NCBI GenBank assembly: GCA_010909165.1
Contig: MU008158.1
Location: forward strand, 3,311,478-3,375,477
Length of the DNA: 64,000 nucleotides
Source: Anthoceros angustus
Lineage: Eukaryota > Plantae > Anthocerotophyta
Reading direction: 5' to 3'
In this document: positions 12,877 to 25,384 of the stretch, piece after piece
How the letters are laid out: every line of letters begins with the position of its first letter
How positions within the stretch are numbered: the first letter of the stretch is position 1
The notes under the pieces: generated by a model
Databases searched by the model: none
Told to the model about the DNA's origin: nothing
Seen by the model: the letters and a program-made list of their open reading frames with translations, nothing else
Translations under genes and position numbers: made by a program

Positions 12877-14222
12877 CTAGTTTGATGGGCACATGGTGGG
12901 TAACCCTCTTGGAGATTTGACTTCCACGAGATCGCTGCGGCTATGACATGGAGTCTTGACCTCGGTTGTGTTGATGGCATGTCCGCTCTTGGGAGGGTTT
13001 GGGTTTGTTCGTGGTCTTCCGGTTTCTCTCAACCGATTGATGAAGTCCTTGCGGAAAGGCGTTCTTTGAACCATGGTCTTGTGCCATGCAAGTGAAACAT
13101 TCCTCTTCTCACTTGTATTCCTTCTTCTCCTCCTCGTCGATTTTGAAAGTTGGTTTCTTGTCGTAGCGTTAATCTTGTTCCACTTAGGCTTGGAGGGACC
13201 TGCGGAAGAGAAGTGTTTGTACTTGTTCGTACCGTAATTGATGGCTGCTCGCATTGCTTCGACCAAAGTTGCTGGGTTCGTTTGGTTCACATCCGCTCTC
13301 ATTTCGAATTTCTGTCCGTCGATGAATTTCTCGATCTTTTGCTCCTCATCCAGCCTGGGCATGTCAAGTGTGAGTTGGAGAAACTTATAACAGTACTCTT
13401 GTACACTACCTTGTTGGAATATCTTTCGGAATTGTTGATACAAATCTCTGCGATGATTCACTGGTAGGAACTGTTCCAAGAAGAGCTGTTTGAGGACAGG
13501 CCAGGAGTACACGGGTGGTTCCATGCCAAGGTCCACATGTTTTTCTCTCTGGCGCCACCAACGGTAGGCATATCCTTCAAGCGACATCACGCAGAACTGG
13601 ATCTTCTGCAAATCGTCTTTGTGGGAGGCTGCAAGGTACTTGTCGAGTTTGTCCAACCAGTCATGCACACTTTGAGCATCTTTGGCACTTCCGTCGAACG
13701 TTGTGGTCTTGATTTTTTGGTGTAACTCCTTGTCGAGCTGGGGCTTCGGTTTGAACGGGTATTCTTCTCCCACTTGAGCTTCTCCACTCGGCGACCTCGT
13801 TGGCGCTCCCAATGCTCATATCTCATCATCTGCAGACGCCTCACCATTGCTTTGATGTCTTTGTTCTCTTCCTCGCTTGAGTTGGAGTTCTGATGAGTTT
13901 CTTCCTCGGCTCCCCATCCTCTGGGTGGGATTCCTTCTCGACACAAGTGCGGTGGTGTATCTCGTCCTTCTTCCCTTCCGTGTCGGGCGGGTTGCTCTGG
14001 TCTTCCATCCACGGTGTGGAGAGGTGTGTTCCGGTTGGCGCTCACAGGGGCCGGCAGTGCAGTCACCTCGGCGTCAGGGTGGGGTGGTGGCGCTGGGGTG
14101 TTGGTTGCTCCAGTGGAGCACACCCTCCAGTTGCCTCTCCAATCGGGCTTGGCCTCCCCACGGACTTCGATCCGATCGACAGCCCGCTCTACCTTAGCCA
14201 GCTGTTGGTCTTGTCGGGACAA
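12877..14222 (-). pseudogene. gag: Gypsy gag (retrotransposon gag domain), split by a frameshift
   Basis: ORF 12877-13812 has TFDGSAKDAQSVHDWLDKLDKY...LEGYAYRWW...LKQLFLEQF...QQGSVQEY...KFIDG. The overlapping upstream ORF 13587-14222 is probably its N-terminus. Confidence 0.88.
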
Positions 14223-14855
14223 GGATGAGTGCTATTCGTCGCAGGTGTGTTCGACACTGGCTGTCCTTTCCTCCATCCTTCGCAAGGTGTCTGTCCGATT
14301 CGCTTCACTCCCGGTTGGCTCATAGGCGTATTGTGCGGGGAGGGTGGCGTGATTCATTGAGTCTTGTGCTTCCTCGGCGTCACGTCGCTTCTCAGGCGTG
14401 TGAGAATTCTGGGCGTCCGGTTCGGTCCGACCTCCGCAACCGATTCTCGACCTCCTCTCGGGCCGGAGGCGGCAGTGTGTTCCGGTTGGCGCTCACAGGG
14501 GCCGGCAGTGCAGTCTGGTCCCGGTGGTGGCACGCGGGGGAGATGGCCTCCTAAGGAATCACGGAGGTGTTGTTGTGCGCGGCGGCGCACCCTCTTCCCA
14601 ATTCCTTCGAATGGGTCTTCTTCCTCACTTGCGCTGGAGATTGCTGGTCCTTCTGCCGGGGTCAAGGCGCGATTGTCCATGCTGCCTTTCCAGGAGAGAT
14701 TTCCAAGACTTCTCCTAGTTTCTGCCCTCCTCCCGGTTGGTCCGTTCTCTGTCGCTGGTGATGGTTGCTGTGAAGCTGCTACCACCTCTAGGCGCTCCCG
14801 AACTCGGCCTCTCGATCCTGGCTGCCGGCCTTGATCCTCGATCTAAGGGTGGCTA

Positions 14856-14869
14856 GCTCTCTGATACCA
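14856..14869 (-). promoter_or_regulatory. Primer-binding site complementary to tRNA-iMet
   Basis: TGGTATCAGAG on the minus strand, 4 nt inside the 5' LTR boundary. Confidence 0.9.
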
Positions 14870-14873
14870 AAGA

Positions 14874-15202
14874 TGTTACGGGGCAACTCTGAGTTCCAGC
14901 TTCAGGAAAATGGACGTTTTCTTCATGTTCAGATTCGCTATAAATACATGTGTGCAGGCAATGCCAAGAAGGTGAGCACCGCCTAACTACCCTACTTCTT
15001 GGGATTCTCTGGTATAGGTTTTAGTTATCCGGATATCCTATATAGTGGCATTTATCTATTTAATTAGTATACATTTAATTATTTCGTATCGGTGGGTATT
15101 TGCTAAAATCATGAGTATTTCGTAGGGTTCCTGCTACCTGTTTCGTGGTAGCTTCGGTTCCTCGGCGGATGACTTGAGTGGCCGGCTCGTCATCACGTTT
15201 CA
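14874..15202 (-). repeat. 5' LTR (329 bp) of the gypsy element
   Basis: TG...CA termini; homologous to 8106-8426; followed by TSD CAAGT. Confidence 0.95.
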
Positions 15203-15427
15203 CAAGTGCTAGCTTCCCGGCGGTGGAGGACCTCGCCAATTCATTCCACATAGAGACTTGTACAACTCTTAGCGCTCTCAACCTCACGACGCAACACTAG
15301 GCTCCAAGTAGCCGCTGTCCATTGACGATTCGCAGGCCACCTCCTCGAGGTGCTGCTCTTTATTGATAGAATACACTCTTGAGTTTGGCTATCTACGCTC
15401 AACTGGCTACTGCCCTTGACTCCACGA

Positions 15428-15700
15428 CAAGCTTACTAGTTAAGCTCTTCACATCTCTCTCCCTGGCTTGCAGCGCACACTTACCTGCTCTCTCAAATGA
15501 GTGTCCTCAAAGCCCTTGCTCTAGCCCTTATATATCCCACAACTTGACCTCAACTAGGCAAGCTTACTAGTTAAGCTCTTCACAGCTCTCTCCCAACACA
15601 AGGCTTGCAGCGCACACTTACCTGCTCTCTCAAATGAGTGTCCTCAAAGCCCTTGCTCTAGCCCTCATATATATCTAGCAGCCTGACCTCAACTAGGCAG
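15428..15700. repeat. ~131-bp tandem duplication in an LTR-like remnant flanking the gypsy insertion
   Basis: CAAGCTTACTAGTTAAGCTCTTCACA...CTCAACTAGGCA occurs at 15428 and 15559 and contains a TATATA-like motif. Confidence 0.75.
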
Positions 15701-16090
15701 CTGTTAACTTAACTGATCGCTAAGAGTCTTCTCTAGCTAGCTCTTCAGTAGTGGCTGTAGCAATTCCTCTCTAATAGGAGATTGCATGATGCATGCAACA
15801 TATGCATTTTCTTAACAGGGCAGCTACTAATTAGTTTTTTACTTCTTTTGATTTTTCACCTTTCTATCTTATTTCATAATACCGTTACTATTTATTACGA
15901 GGACATTTTTTTACTTCTCTTAATTTTTTACTTTTTTACTTTATTTTACCAATGCCGTTACTACTTATTGTATGAGAACGTCAACAAAAAAAACCAGCAC
16001 ACTCGAAGGAAAAAAACCTAGCTGGCAGAGCTCTTAAGAGTAGTAATGGTTTAAACCTTACTAACCTCCGACCTTGAAGCTGTTGGAGGC

Positions 16091-17738
16091 ATGGGGAAGA
16101 AGCGGAAGCACGTTACTGCGGCGGTGGATTCGGACAACGCTACGGGAACCGAAGCGGCTGCGGAGCCTCAGCCAAAGCGCACGCTGTTGGGACCCCTCAA
16201 GGACTCCGACGGCCATCTTTCTAATGGGGATCATCATGAAGAGAGTGGTGACAGGCCGGTGGTGTACAGGAACAAGGAAAAATTGCTTGTTCTTTGCTCC
16301 CGCCGCATTAGTTTCGGGTTCGTGGCCTTGTGTGCGCCCCTGTGTATTCTGCTTGCCCAGCACCTCCCTATGTTTTTCTCCCAGCTGAGAGCTGACGACC
16401 TAATTTGGACAGGTATCGGCATTTGATGATGGACATGGCCGCCCTCCTACCGCATAGCAAGAGGGACGTGAAGGTTGCGCTTAAGGGCAACAAAGCTGAG
16501 ACACTGAATGAGCTGGCGGATTTGAAGGGTTGTTCGAGTTGCATCTTTTTCGAGGTTTGTACGTTCTCCACTGTGGTTGTTGGCAAGTACTGAGAGGAGG
16601 ATGGGGCTCTGTGTTTTGTTGCCATGCCAGCTATTTGGTGGTGACCGTAACACGATGCTGCCTTCTGGGTTCAGTGCAGGAAGAAGAAGGACCTCTACAT
16701 GTGGCTCGCCAAGTCGCCCTCTGGACCTTCAGCCAAGTTTCTTGTGAACGCAGGTGAAAAGCAGTGTGCACTTTGTTTTTCTTCAGCTTGCAGGTGATGT
16801 CCTGTTGGAAGTAGGTGACTTTGTTTCATTTCTGCGTTTGATTTCGAGGCTACGTGTGATGTGCAGTTCATACGATGGAAGAGCTTAAGCTGACCGGTAA
16901 TCATTTGAAAGGCTCTCGGCCTCTTCTTTCCTTCTCATCGACATTTGATTCCCTGCCCCATCTTCAGCTCTTGAAGGAGCTATTTATGCAGGTATTAGTG
17001 GTCAGAGATGGTGGACTGCGCTGCAAGCAGTTGATTTCATTTTGCTCATGTTTTTGGTACTGGGGTGAAGGTTTATTGCACACCGAAGGATCACCGAAAG
17101 TCGAAGCCATTTTTTGACCACATTCTCTCATTTTCAATATTGGACAACCGGATATGGTTCAGAAACTATCAGGTAGGCCAGTGTACATGTGTTTCCAGGT
17201 ATTGCTTGTTGGGATGAGTCAATTGCTCGCTGGTCTTTCCCCTGTGGACTCACTGTTGAGCCTTTTGCAGATATCTGTCCCTCATCACGGATCTGGGAAT
17301 GCTGATAAGTCCTCGTTGGAGAAGATGACGCTTATAGAGGTGCGATACGCAGTGCTTTTTCCCAGAAAGCTGTGACCTTGTCACCGTTGGGCTGCTCACC
17401 CAAATTCTCGGTCTGGCTGTTTGCAGGTGGGACCAAGGTTCACCTTAGATCTGATAAAGATCTTTGGTGGAAGCTTTAGTGGACAGACACTGTATGAGAA
17501 CCCTTTTTACGTCTCTCCGAACAAGGTCTGCCAGTTGTTTTGTGGCTCCATGTTCGTTCCTTACCACGCTATTCTTGTCTTGTGACAAATGGGTTGGGTC
17601 TTGCAGGTTCGATCAGAAGCAAAGCGTGCGAAGGCTGGAAAGTACACTAAAAAGGTCAAGGCCAAGCAAAGAAGAAAGCAACACGTAGTGAACAACCAAC
17701 TGGAATCAGACGAATTGGACGGCATGTGGGATGAGTAA
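16091..17738 (+). CDS. BRX1: Ribosome biogenesis protein BRX1 (Brix domain), multi-exon
   Basis: Motifs: MGKKRK, NKEKLLVLCSRRI, RYRHLMMD, KDLYMWLAKSPSGPSAKFLV, HTMEELKLTGNHLKGSRPLLSF, KSKPFFDH, RIWFRNYQI, VGPRF and KIFGGSFSGQTLYENPFYVSPN. TAA at 17736-17738. Confidence 0.95.
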
Positions 17739-19201
17739 GTGGATTTTGGGTAGCCTACAAGCTGCGAGACTCGTGGTACAGGTTGGGCACACTTGGTCTG
17801 CTGGGGTTCGTTCCGTGGGCTGATCCATTCGTGCCTCCTACCGTAGATCTGTTTTCTGTTTCCATGAGAGTGCTGTGCACAGTTTTGTCGGGAAACACGT
17901 AGATTGATATTCTCCAATAACAAAATCAATTTCATTCCACACAACGTGTAGTGCACGCTCTTGCATCGGTTTTGTGGTTCCCGCTAACCTAAGTGCAAAG
18001 ACTGCTTACGGAAGGATGATTTCCGGCAGCATGCTGGAGCACAGGCCAGGGCAGCAGGGCAGCAGGGCAGCAGGGCTGCTGAATGCTGTGCCAGGGATGG
18101 AGGGTGAGCAGTGGCCTGGTAGTCACGACTCACAGCATGTGCCAAAGTGAGGCTCCCCTTGTCAGGCTCAGTGCACGCCGCTGCCAAGAGCCTCCCTTTG
18201 TCAGGGCCACTGCATGCCATTGCAAAGGAGGTGGTACAGATGTGGCGATGGGACTGGATCTTGAGCTGAGCTTCACACGCGGTCGGGATCTTCCAGCTAC
18301 TAGAAGAAACGGGGCTTGTGAAATCCTGGAAGGCTACTTTTGGCGGCAGCCACAGGTGCAGTCAGGAAACCGAAGCTGGGACAACTGAGAGGAAATGTAT
18401 GCAGGTTCAACCGAGGCGTTGACAGTGGAGGGGACGTCTACTGCGCCGACTGGTGCGGACGGCGTCAAAAGTTAACCCACACAAAAGTGTTTGCCAGACG
18501 ACTACCTAGTCTACAGCCGTTTGAGAGTGTCCAAAATTGTTGCATCCATTTCAATTTCCGCAGCACGTTCCTTCCAGTGACTTGGATCACGAGTCACGAC
18601 TCACATATTCGTTCTCCCACCCCCTGTTGCTCTGGTAGGCCACGGCTGTCGTGGAGCGGGAGAACGACAAAGCCGGAAGCATTCCACGGTTTCACACCTA
18701 AGTCGACAAAACCTGCACTGTTGTTGCCCTTATGCCGTTCGTGCAAGCCCGTATCGACAAGGGAGGAATGTGTCGGCAGCTCTGCACTGCAGTAGAGTGG
18801 ACTCCAGTCAACCAGGCATGTATGTAACTGGTAATCTGCCTCCCTGGTCTCCCGCGACTCTTGTCCCAACTAATATTCGCCACTTGCCCGAGTTCAGCTT
18901 TGACTGGTGCAACACCAATGGAGATCGGAGCTAGCATGTCTTTTCACTAAAAACGATGTGAGAAAATGGAAAATCACAACAATGGATAAGCGGTTGGACG
19001 GAAGTGACGTAAGAAACCGGCTCGCGGAAGGATTTGTGGTGTCACACTGTCACTGTGTGGACTTTTGACATGCCTGGTGCGAAGACCAGGGTTGGAGCTT
19101 TGGTTTGTGGTGCGATGATAGCCACTAGGGCAGACTCGTGCAGAGCGCAGGCTGTAGACGACTGGTGATGCGGCTGCAGAGAATGGCGAGCAAGGATGCA
19201 G

Positions 19202-19240
19202 AGAAGCAGAAGCAGAAGCAGAAGCAGAAGCAGAAGCAGC
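19202..19240. repeat. (GAAGCA)n microsatellite
   Basis: About six direct copies of AGAAGC. Confidence 0.85.
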
Positions 19241-19660
19241 AGTTGAGATATTTTGATGCCCGCATAGAGGAATCTCGAGACAAAAGCGGAGCTTGACGAA
19301 GTTGAAGACGAGCTTTGGGGAGTTGTAAGACGATTAGTGGGCGAGGGTATAGGTACTAGGTCCAGCAATCGGCGGGGCTTGCCAAGGGTGGGTCCGCGCC
19401 GTGCCGAAAACGGGCGTGGCCAGCCTAACAGCTAACAGCTAACGGCGTCGAGCGCGGGGTGGGCAGTCCGACTCCGGACTCCTGCCGCGCACCCTCTTCC
19501 TTTAGCCCGTCCAGAGGAGAGCTCACATGTGGTGATCGCTCCAAGCGGAGGCAGCAGTCGCAGGTGAGAGAGAGATATCCATGCCGGGAGATATATCCAT
19601 GCTCCGCCGTGAGCGGCTGCTCGCAGCTTGCTGTTGCTCTTGCCTGACGAGAGCCTAGAG

Positions 19661-22600
19661 ATGCTGCAACAGCAAATGCAATTGCAATTGCAAATGCAAA
19701 TGCAAATGCAAATGCGGCCGCAGCAGCGAGCGATGGCGCCGCAGCTGCTGCTGCTGCTGCTGCTCATGGCCATGGCGGGCCTGCACGCGGCGGAGGGAGC
19801 CTCCCCGGCGGAGCTAACTGCGCTGCGGGCGGTGCAGGCGGCGCTCAAGGATCCCCAAGGGAAGATGCGCTCCTGGGTGGGCAACGATCCCTGCGCGTCG
19901 TGGGCCGGGGTGGTTTGCAGCAGCAGCAGCAGCAACGGCACCAACGGCACCACCAGCGTGGCGGCGGTGGTGGGCTTGGACCTGAGTCAGGGAGGGCTGT
20001 CGGGCACCATCTCCCCCGCCATCGGGGCCTTGTCCGGGCTGCAGAGCCTCAACCTCTCCTACAACCTGCTCACGGGGCCCTTCCCGTCCTCCATGGCCAG
20101 CCTCACGTCCCTCCAGGCGCTGGACGTGAGCTTCAACCGGGACGCCAAGAACACGCCGGGGACGGGCCTCACCGGCTCCATCGCGCCCGTGGTCGGCATC
20201 CTGTCTCTCCAGATCCTGCTGCTTAACACCAACAGCTTCAACGGCACACTCCCCGCCTCCCTCGGCAACCTCCGGGAGCTCCAATGGCTGTACCTGGACA
20301 GCAACCAGATGACGGGGACTCTGCCCCCGCAGCTGGGGAGCCTCCCTGCCCTCACCGACCTGTCCGTGTCCGACAACCGGATGACGGGCGGCATTCCGAG
20401 GCAGCTGGGGACTGGGGTGGCTCCGCTCTACTGGCTGGGGCTGGCGCTCAACGATTTCTCGGGGCAGATACCCCAGGAGCTAGGGAACAAGACGGGGCTC
20501 AGCTTCCTGGACCTGCAGGGGAACAGGCTTTCCGGGCCGCTGCCGAGCTCGCTCGGCCAGCTCGCTGCGCTGCAGAATCTCTATGTGCAGGACAACCAGC
20601 TCACGGGCCCGCTGCCCCCGCAGCTGGGCGGGTGCAGCCAGCTGCTGGTATTCATGGGCTTCGGGAACAGGTTCACGGGAAGCATTCCCTCGCAGCTGGC
20701 CAACCTCACCCAGCTCAATACCCTCTGGCTGTCCCACAACAACCTCACCGGCCCCATCCCGCCTGCGCTGCTCAACATCTCCTCCCTCACCATCGTCAAC
20801 CTCGACTCCAACAGGCTCACGGGGCGGCTGCCCACGGCGGTGGGATCGCTGCCCAACCTGCAGGATCTCACGCTCTTCGACAACCAGCTCACGGGTGGCC
20901 TGCCGGCAACCTTCCGCTCCCCCGTGCTCAGCATCCTCGACGTTCACGGGAACCCGGAGCTGGGGGCAGCATCCCAGCCGGGCTGTGCAAGGGAACGCGC
21001 TCACAGTGCTGGCGCTCTCCAACACCAGGGTCGGCGGGCCATCCCGCCCGACCTGGCCGCCTGCAAGTCGCTGCAGAGGTTGCGGGTCAGGAACGGATCC
21101 CTCACTGGAGGGGTCCCCAGCTTCTGGCTCCACCCCGCAGCCGGATTTGAATTACGTGGAGCTCGGCGGCAACAATCTCGGAGGCGGGATCCCTGCCAGC
21201 TTCAGGAGCTGCCCCAGGCTGGGGACATTGAAGCTGGATGGAAACCAGATGACCGGGACGCCAAGAACACGCCGGGGACAGGCCTCACCGGCTCCATCGC
21301 GCCCGTGGTCGGCATCCTGTCTCCAGATCCTGCTGCTTAACACCAACAGCTTCAACGGCACACTCCCGCCTCCCTCAGCAACCTCCAGGAGCTCCAATGG
21401 CTGTACCTGGACAGCAGATGACAGGGACTCTGCCCCCAGCTGGGGAGCCTCCTGCCCTCACCGACCTGTCCGTGTCCGACAACCGGATGACGGGCGGCAT
21501 TCCGAGGCAGCTGGGGACTGGGGTGGCTCCGCTCTACTGGCTGGGGCTGGCGCTCAACGATTTCTCGGGGCAGATACCCCAGGAGCTAGGGAACAAGACG
21601 GGGCTCAGCTTCCTGGACCTGCAGGGGAACAGGCTTTCCGGGCGCTGCCGAGCTCGCTCAGCCAGCTCGCTGCGCTGCAGAATCTCTATGTGCAGGACAA
21701 CCAGCTCACGGGCCCGCTGCCCCGCAGCTGGGCAGGTGCAGCCAGCTGCTGGTATTCATGGGCTTCGGGAACAGGTTCACGGGAAGCATTCCTCGCAGCT
21801 GGCCAACCTCACCCAGCTCAATACCCTCTGGCTGTCCCACAACAACCTCACCGGCCCCATCCCGCCTGCGCTGCTCAACATCTCCTCCTCACCATCGTCA
21901 ACCTCGACTCAACAGGCTCACGGGCGGCTGCCCACGGCGGTGGATCGCTGCCCAACCTGCAGGATCTCACGCTCTTCGACAACCAGCTCACGGGTGGCCT
22001 GCCGGCAACCTTCCGCTCCCCGTGCTCCAGCATCCTCGACGTTCACGGGAACCCGGAGCTGGGGGCAGCATCCCAGCCGGGCTGTGCAAGGGAACGCGCT
22101 CACAGTGCTGGCGCTCTCCAACACCGGGGTCGGCGGGCCATCCCGCCCGACCTGGCCGCCTGCAAGTCGCTGCAGAGGTTGCGGGTCGGGAACGGATCCC
22201 TCACTGGAGGGGTCCCCAGCTTCTGGCTCCACCCCGCAGCCGGATTTGAATTACGTGGAGCTCGGCGGCAACAATCTCGGAGGCGGGATCCCTGCCAGCT
22301 TCAGGAGCTGCCCCAGGCTGGGGACATTGAAGCTGGATGGAAACCAGATGACCGGGACGCCAAGAACACGCCGGGGACAGGCCTCACCGGCTCCATCGCG
22401 CCCGTGGTCGGCATCCTGTCTCCAGATCCTGCTGCTTAACACCAACAGCTTCAACGGCACACTCCCCGCCTCCCTCAGCAACCTCCAGGAGCTCCAATGG
22501 CTGTACCTGGACAGCAGATGACAGGGACTCTGCCCCCAGCTGGGGAGCCTCCTGCCCTCACCGACCTGTCCGTGTCCGACAACCGGATGACGGGCGGCAT

Positions 22601-25384
22601 TCCGAGGCAGCTGGGGACTGGGGTGGCTCCGCTCTACTGGCTGGGGCTGGCGCTCAACGATTTCTCGGGGCAGATACCCCAGGAGCTAGGGAACAAGACG
22701 GGGCTCAGCTTCCTGGACCTGCAGGGGAACAGGCTTTCCGGGCGCTGCCGAGCTCGCTCAGCCAGCTCGCTGCGCTGCAGAATCTCTATGTGCAGGACAA
22801 CCAGCTCACGGGCCCGCTGCCCCGCAGCTGGGCAGGTGCAGCCAGCTGCTGGTATTCATGGGCTTCGGGAACAGGTTCACGGGAAGCATTCCTCGCAGCT
22901 GGCCAACCTCACCCAGCTCAATACCCTCTGGCTGTCCCACAACAACCTCACCGGCCCCATCCCGCCTGCGCTGCTCAACATCTCCTCCCTCACCATCGTC
23001 AACCTCGACTCCAACAGGCTCACGGGGCGGCTGCCCACGGCGGTGGGATCGCTGCCCAACCTGCAGGATCTCACGCTCTTCGACAACCAGCTCACGGGTG
23101 GCCTGCCGGCAACCTTCCGCTCCCCCGTGCTCAGCATCCTCGACGTTCACGGGAACCCGGAGCTGGGGGGCAGCATCCCGGCCGGGCTGTGCAAGGGGAA
23201 CGCGCTCACAGTGCTGGCGCTCTCCAACACCGGGGTCGGCGGGGCCATCCCGCCCGACCTGGCCGCCTGCAAGTCGCTGCAGAGGTTGCGGGTCGGGAAC
23301 GGATCCCTCACTGGAGGGGTCCCCAGCTTCTGCGGCTCCACCCCGCAGCCGGATTTGAATTACGTGGAGCTCGGCGGCAACAATCTCGGAGGCGGGATCC
23401 CTGCCAGCTTCGGGAGCTGCCCCGGGCTGGGGACATTGAAGCTGGATGGAAACCAGATGACCGGGACGATTCCGAAGGAGTTCGGGAACGCGTCCAACCT
23501 CACGGTGTTGGATCTGTCGGGGAACCAGCTCACGGGCAGCATTCCTTCTCAGCTCGGGGCTCTGTCTTCGCTTTCCAGCCTGGTGTTGTCCGGGAATGCT
23601 CTCTCGGGGGCTGTGCCGCAGGAGCTTTTCCAGCTCTCCTTCTTGCAGACGCTCCATCTGAGCGACAACCAGTTGCAGGGCCCGCTGCCCCCGTCGGTCT
23701 CGGGGTTGCAGAGGGTGCAGGATTTGGAGCTGGGTGGAAACAGGTTTCTGGGCAGCATTCCTTCGGAACTCGGGAGCCTCACCAGCCTCATCTACGGGCT
23801 GAATCTGAGCCACAACGGGTTTAACGGGAGCATCCCGGCTACCCTCGGTGGGCTGTCCAAGTTGCAGAGTCTGGATCTGTCTTACAACAACCTGTCGGGC
23901 CAGATTCCGGGGTCTTTTGGGGGATTGGCGGCTTTGTCCTTCTTCAATGTCTCCTACAACCAGCTCTCGGGGCCCATCCCGGACACCCCCACCCTCAAGA
24001 AGTTCCCTCAGTCTTCCTTCCTGGGGAACCCGGGGTTCTGCGGTACTGTGCTGTCCGGCTGCGGCGGGGACGGGGGCAGCCGCAGCAGCAAGAGCAAGCT
24101 CAGCACTGGCGCTTTAGTGGGCATAATCGTTGCCGTGGCTGTGATATGTGTGGGAGTGCTGCTGGCGGTCTGGATTTCCTGCTGCGATGGCCACCCCGTT
24201 TCTGACGATGGCAGCGGCAGGAAGCGGAAGAGGTGGAGTGCGTCCCTGCTGGGTGGTCTGTTCGGCAAGGGCAGGTCGTCTCGTCCCAACCCTGCCGCCA
24301 CCGCTCTTCTCCCGGACTTGTATCAGAAGTTCACGTTCCAGGAGATCATGGACGCCACTAACAACTTGAGTGACAAGAACCTCATCGGCCAGGGAGGGTA
24401 CGGGAAGGTGTACAAGGGGTTGCTCCAGTCGGGGCAGGAGATCGCCGTTAAGAAGATGACTGTGGAGGAGGAGGATCCCGACGTGTTTCAGAGCCACATG
24501 AGGGAAATCCAGACGGCAGGCCAGGTCAGGCACCGTAACATCGTCAGGCTCATAGGCTACTGCAAGCACAACGACACGGCGCTCATTCTCTACGACTATC
24601 ATCCCTTCGGCAGCCTGGGGGATTTTCTGTACAGGAAGAAGGAGAATGGCCCTGACCTGGACTGGGAGCTGCGCTACAAGATTGCTCTGGGCACAGCGCA
24701 GGCCATTTCCTACCTCCACTCGGATTGTGTGCCTCAGGTCCTGCACAGGGACATCAAGAGCAACAACATTCTTCTGGACGAGGAGTTCGTCCCCCACGTC
24801 ACGGATTTCGGAGTTGCTAAGCTGGTGACTCGTGTGGACGGAGAGAAGACAACACCCATGTCTGTGATTGCGGGATCTGTGGGCTACATTGCCCCTGGTG
24901 AGTCCTTCTTGTGCCTTCTTTTGAAACTTTTGTCTACCTATACTGCGCACGCGAATTGTTGAAAGACAAGCTTAGGGCTTACCAGTTGTGTGGAAACGTT
25001 GCAGAGTACGCTTACACAATGAATGTGGGGGAGAAGAGTGATGTGTACAGCTACGGGGTTGTGCTGCTGGAGCTTCTGACGGGCAAGATGCCTGCGGATC
25101 CCAGCTTCGAGGTGGGAAGGGACTTGGTGCACTGGGTGAGGGACAAGCTGGAGAGCAGCGAGACCATCGATGTGGTGCTGGAGCCCGGGCTGCGCAAGGC
25201 CATGCAAGGTCCTGAGGCTCAGGAGATCTCCGCCACACTCAGGGTAGCCGTCATGTGTACCAGTGAGACTCCCTCTGACAGGCCCACCATGAAGGAGGTG
25301 GAGGACATGTTGCTCAGAGTGAAGAGTTTCTCCGACCCGGATCTCCTAGCCAGGAGCAAGAGCAGGTTGGATTCTCTCATGTGA
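19661..25384 (+). CDS. Leucine-rich-repeat receptor-like kinase (subfamily XI-like); ectodomain segment triplicated and frameshifted as assembled
   Basis: Signal peptide, N-cap DPCASWAGVVC, plant LRRs (LxxLxLxxNxLxGxIP), C-cap GNPGFCG and a TM helix. Kinase motifs IGQGGYGKVYK, AVKK, RHRNIVRL, HRDIKSNNILLD and DFGVAK. A single intron splits GSVGYIAP/EYAYT (~24899-25002), typical of LRR-XI. The ortholog is not identifiable by eye. Confidence 0.9.
20136..23468. repeat. Three tandem ~1.1 kb copies of an LRR-coding block
   Basis: The motif ACCGGGACG marks boundaries at 20136, 21252, 22351 and 23460. The blocks are near-identical. Confidence 0.95.

Larger units (their letters stand above)
8106..15202 (-). 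mobile_element. Full-length Ty3/gypsy LTR retrotransposon (chromovirus type), frameshifted as assembled
   Basis: Two homologous LTRs (TGTTAC...GTTTCA), identical 5-bp TSD CAAGT at 8101-8105 and 15203-15207, PBS and PPT in the correct positions, and gag-PR-RT-RH-INT-chromodomain order on the minus strand. Confidence 0.96.

Noticed and set aside
17984-18400. Cys-containing short ORFs with a repeated CQxxPxVR motif
   Set aside because: Explained by short local DNA repeats. There is no signal peptide, splice structure or family match.
19042-19368. Minus-strand ORF with poly-Leu as a candidate secreted peptide (CLE/CEP) next to the receptor kinase
   Set aside because: There is no in-frame ATG before an upstream stop, the poly-Leu derives from the (GAAGCA)n microsatellite, and no CLE/CEP motif is present.
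19432-24950. Numerous long antisense and off-frame ORFs over the RLK
   Set aside because: Shadow ORFs of GC-rich coding sequence and of indel-shifted frames.
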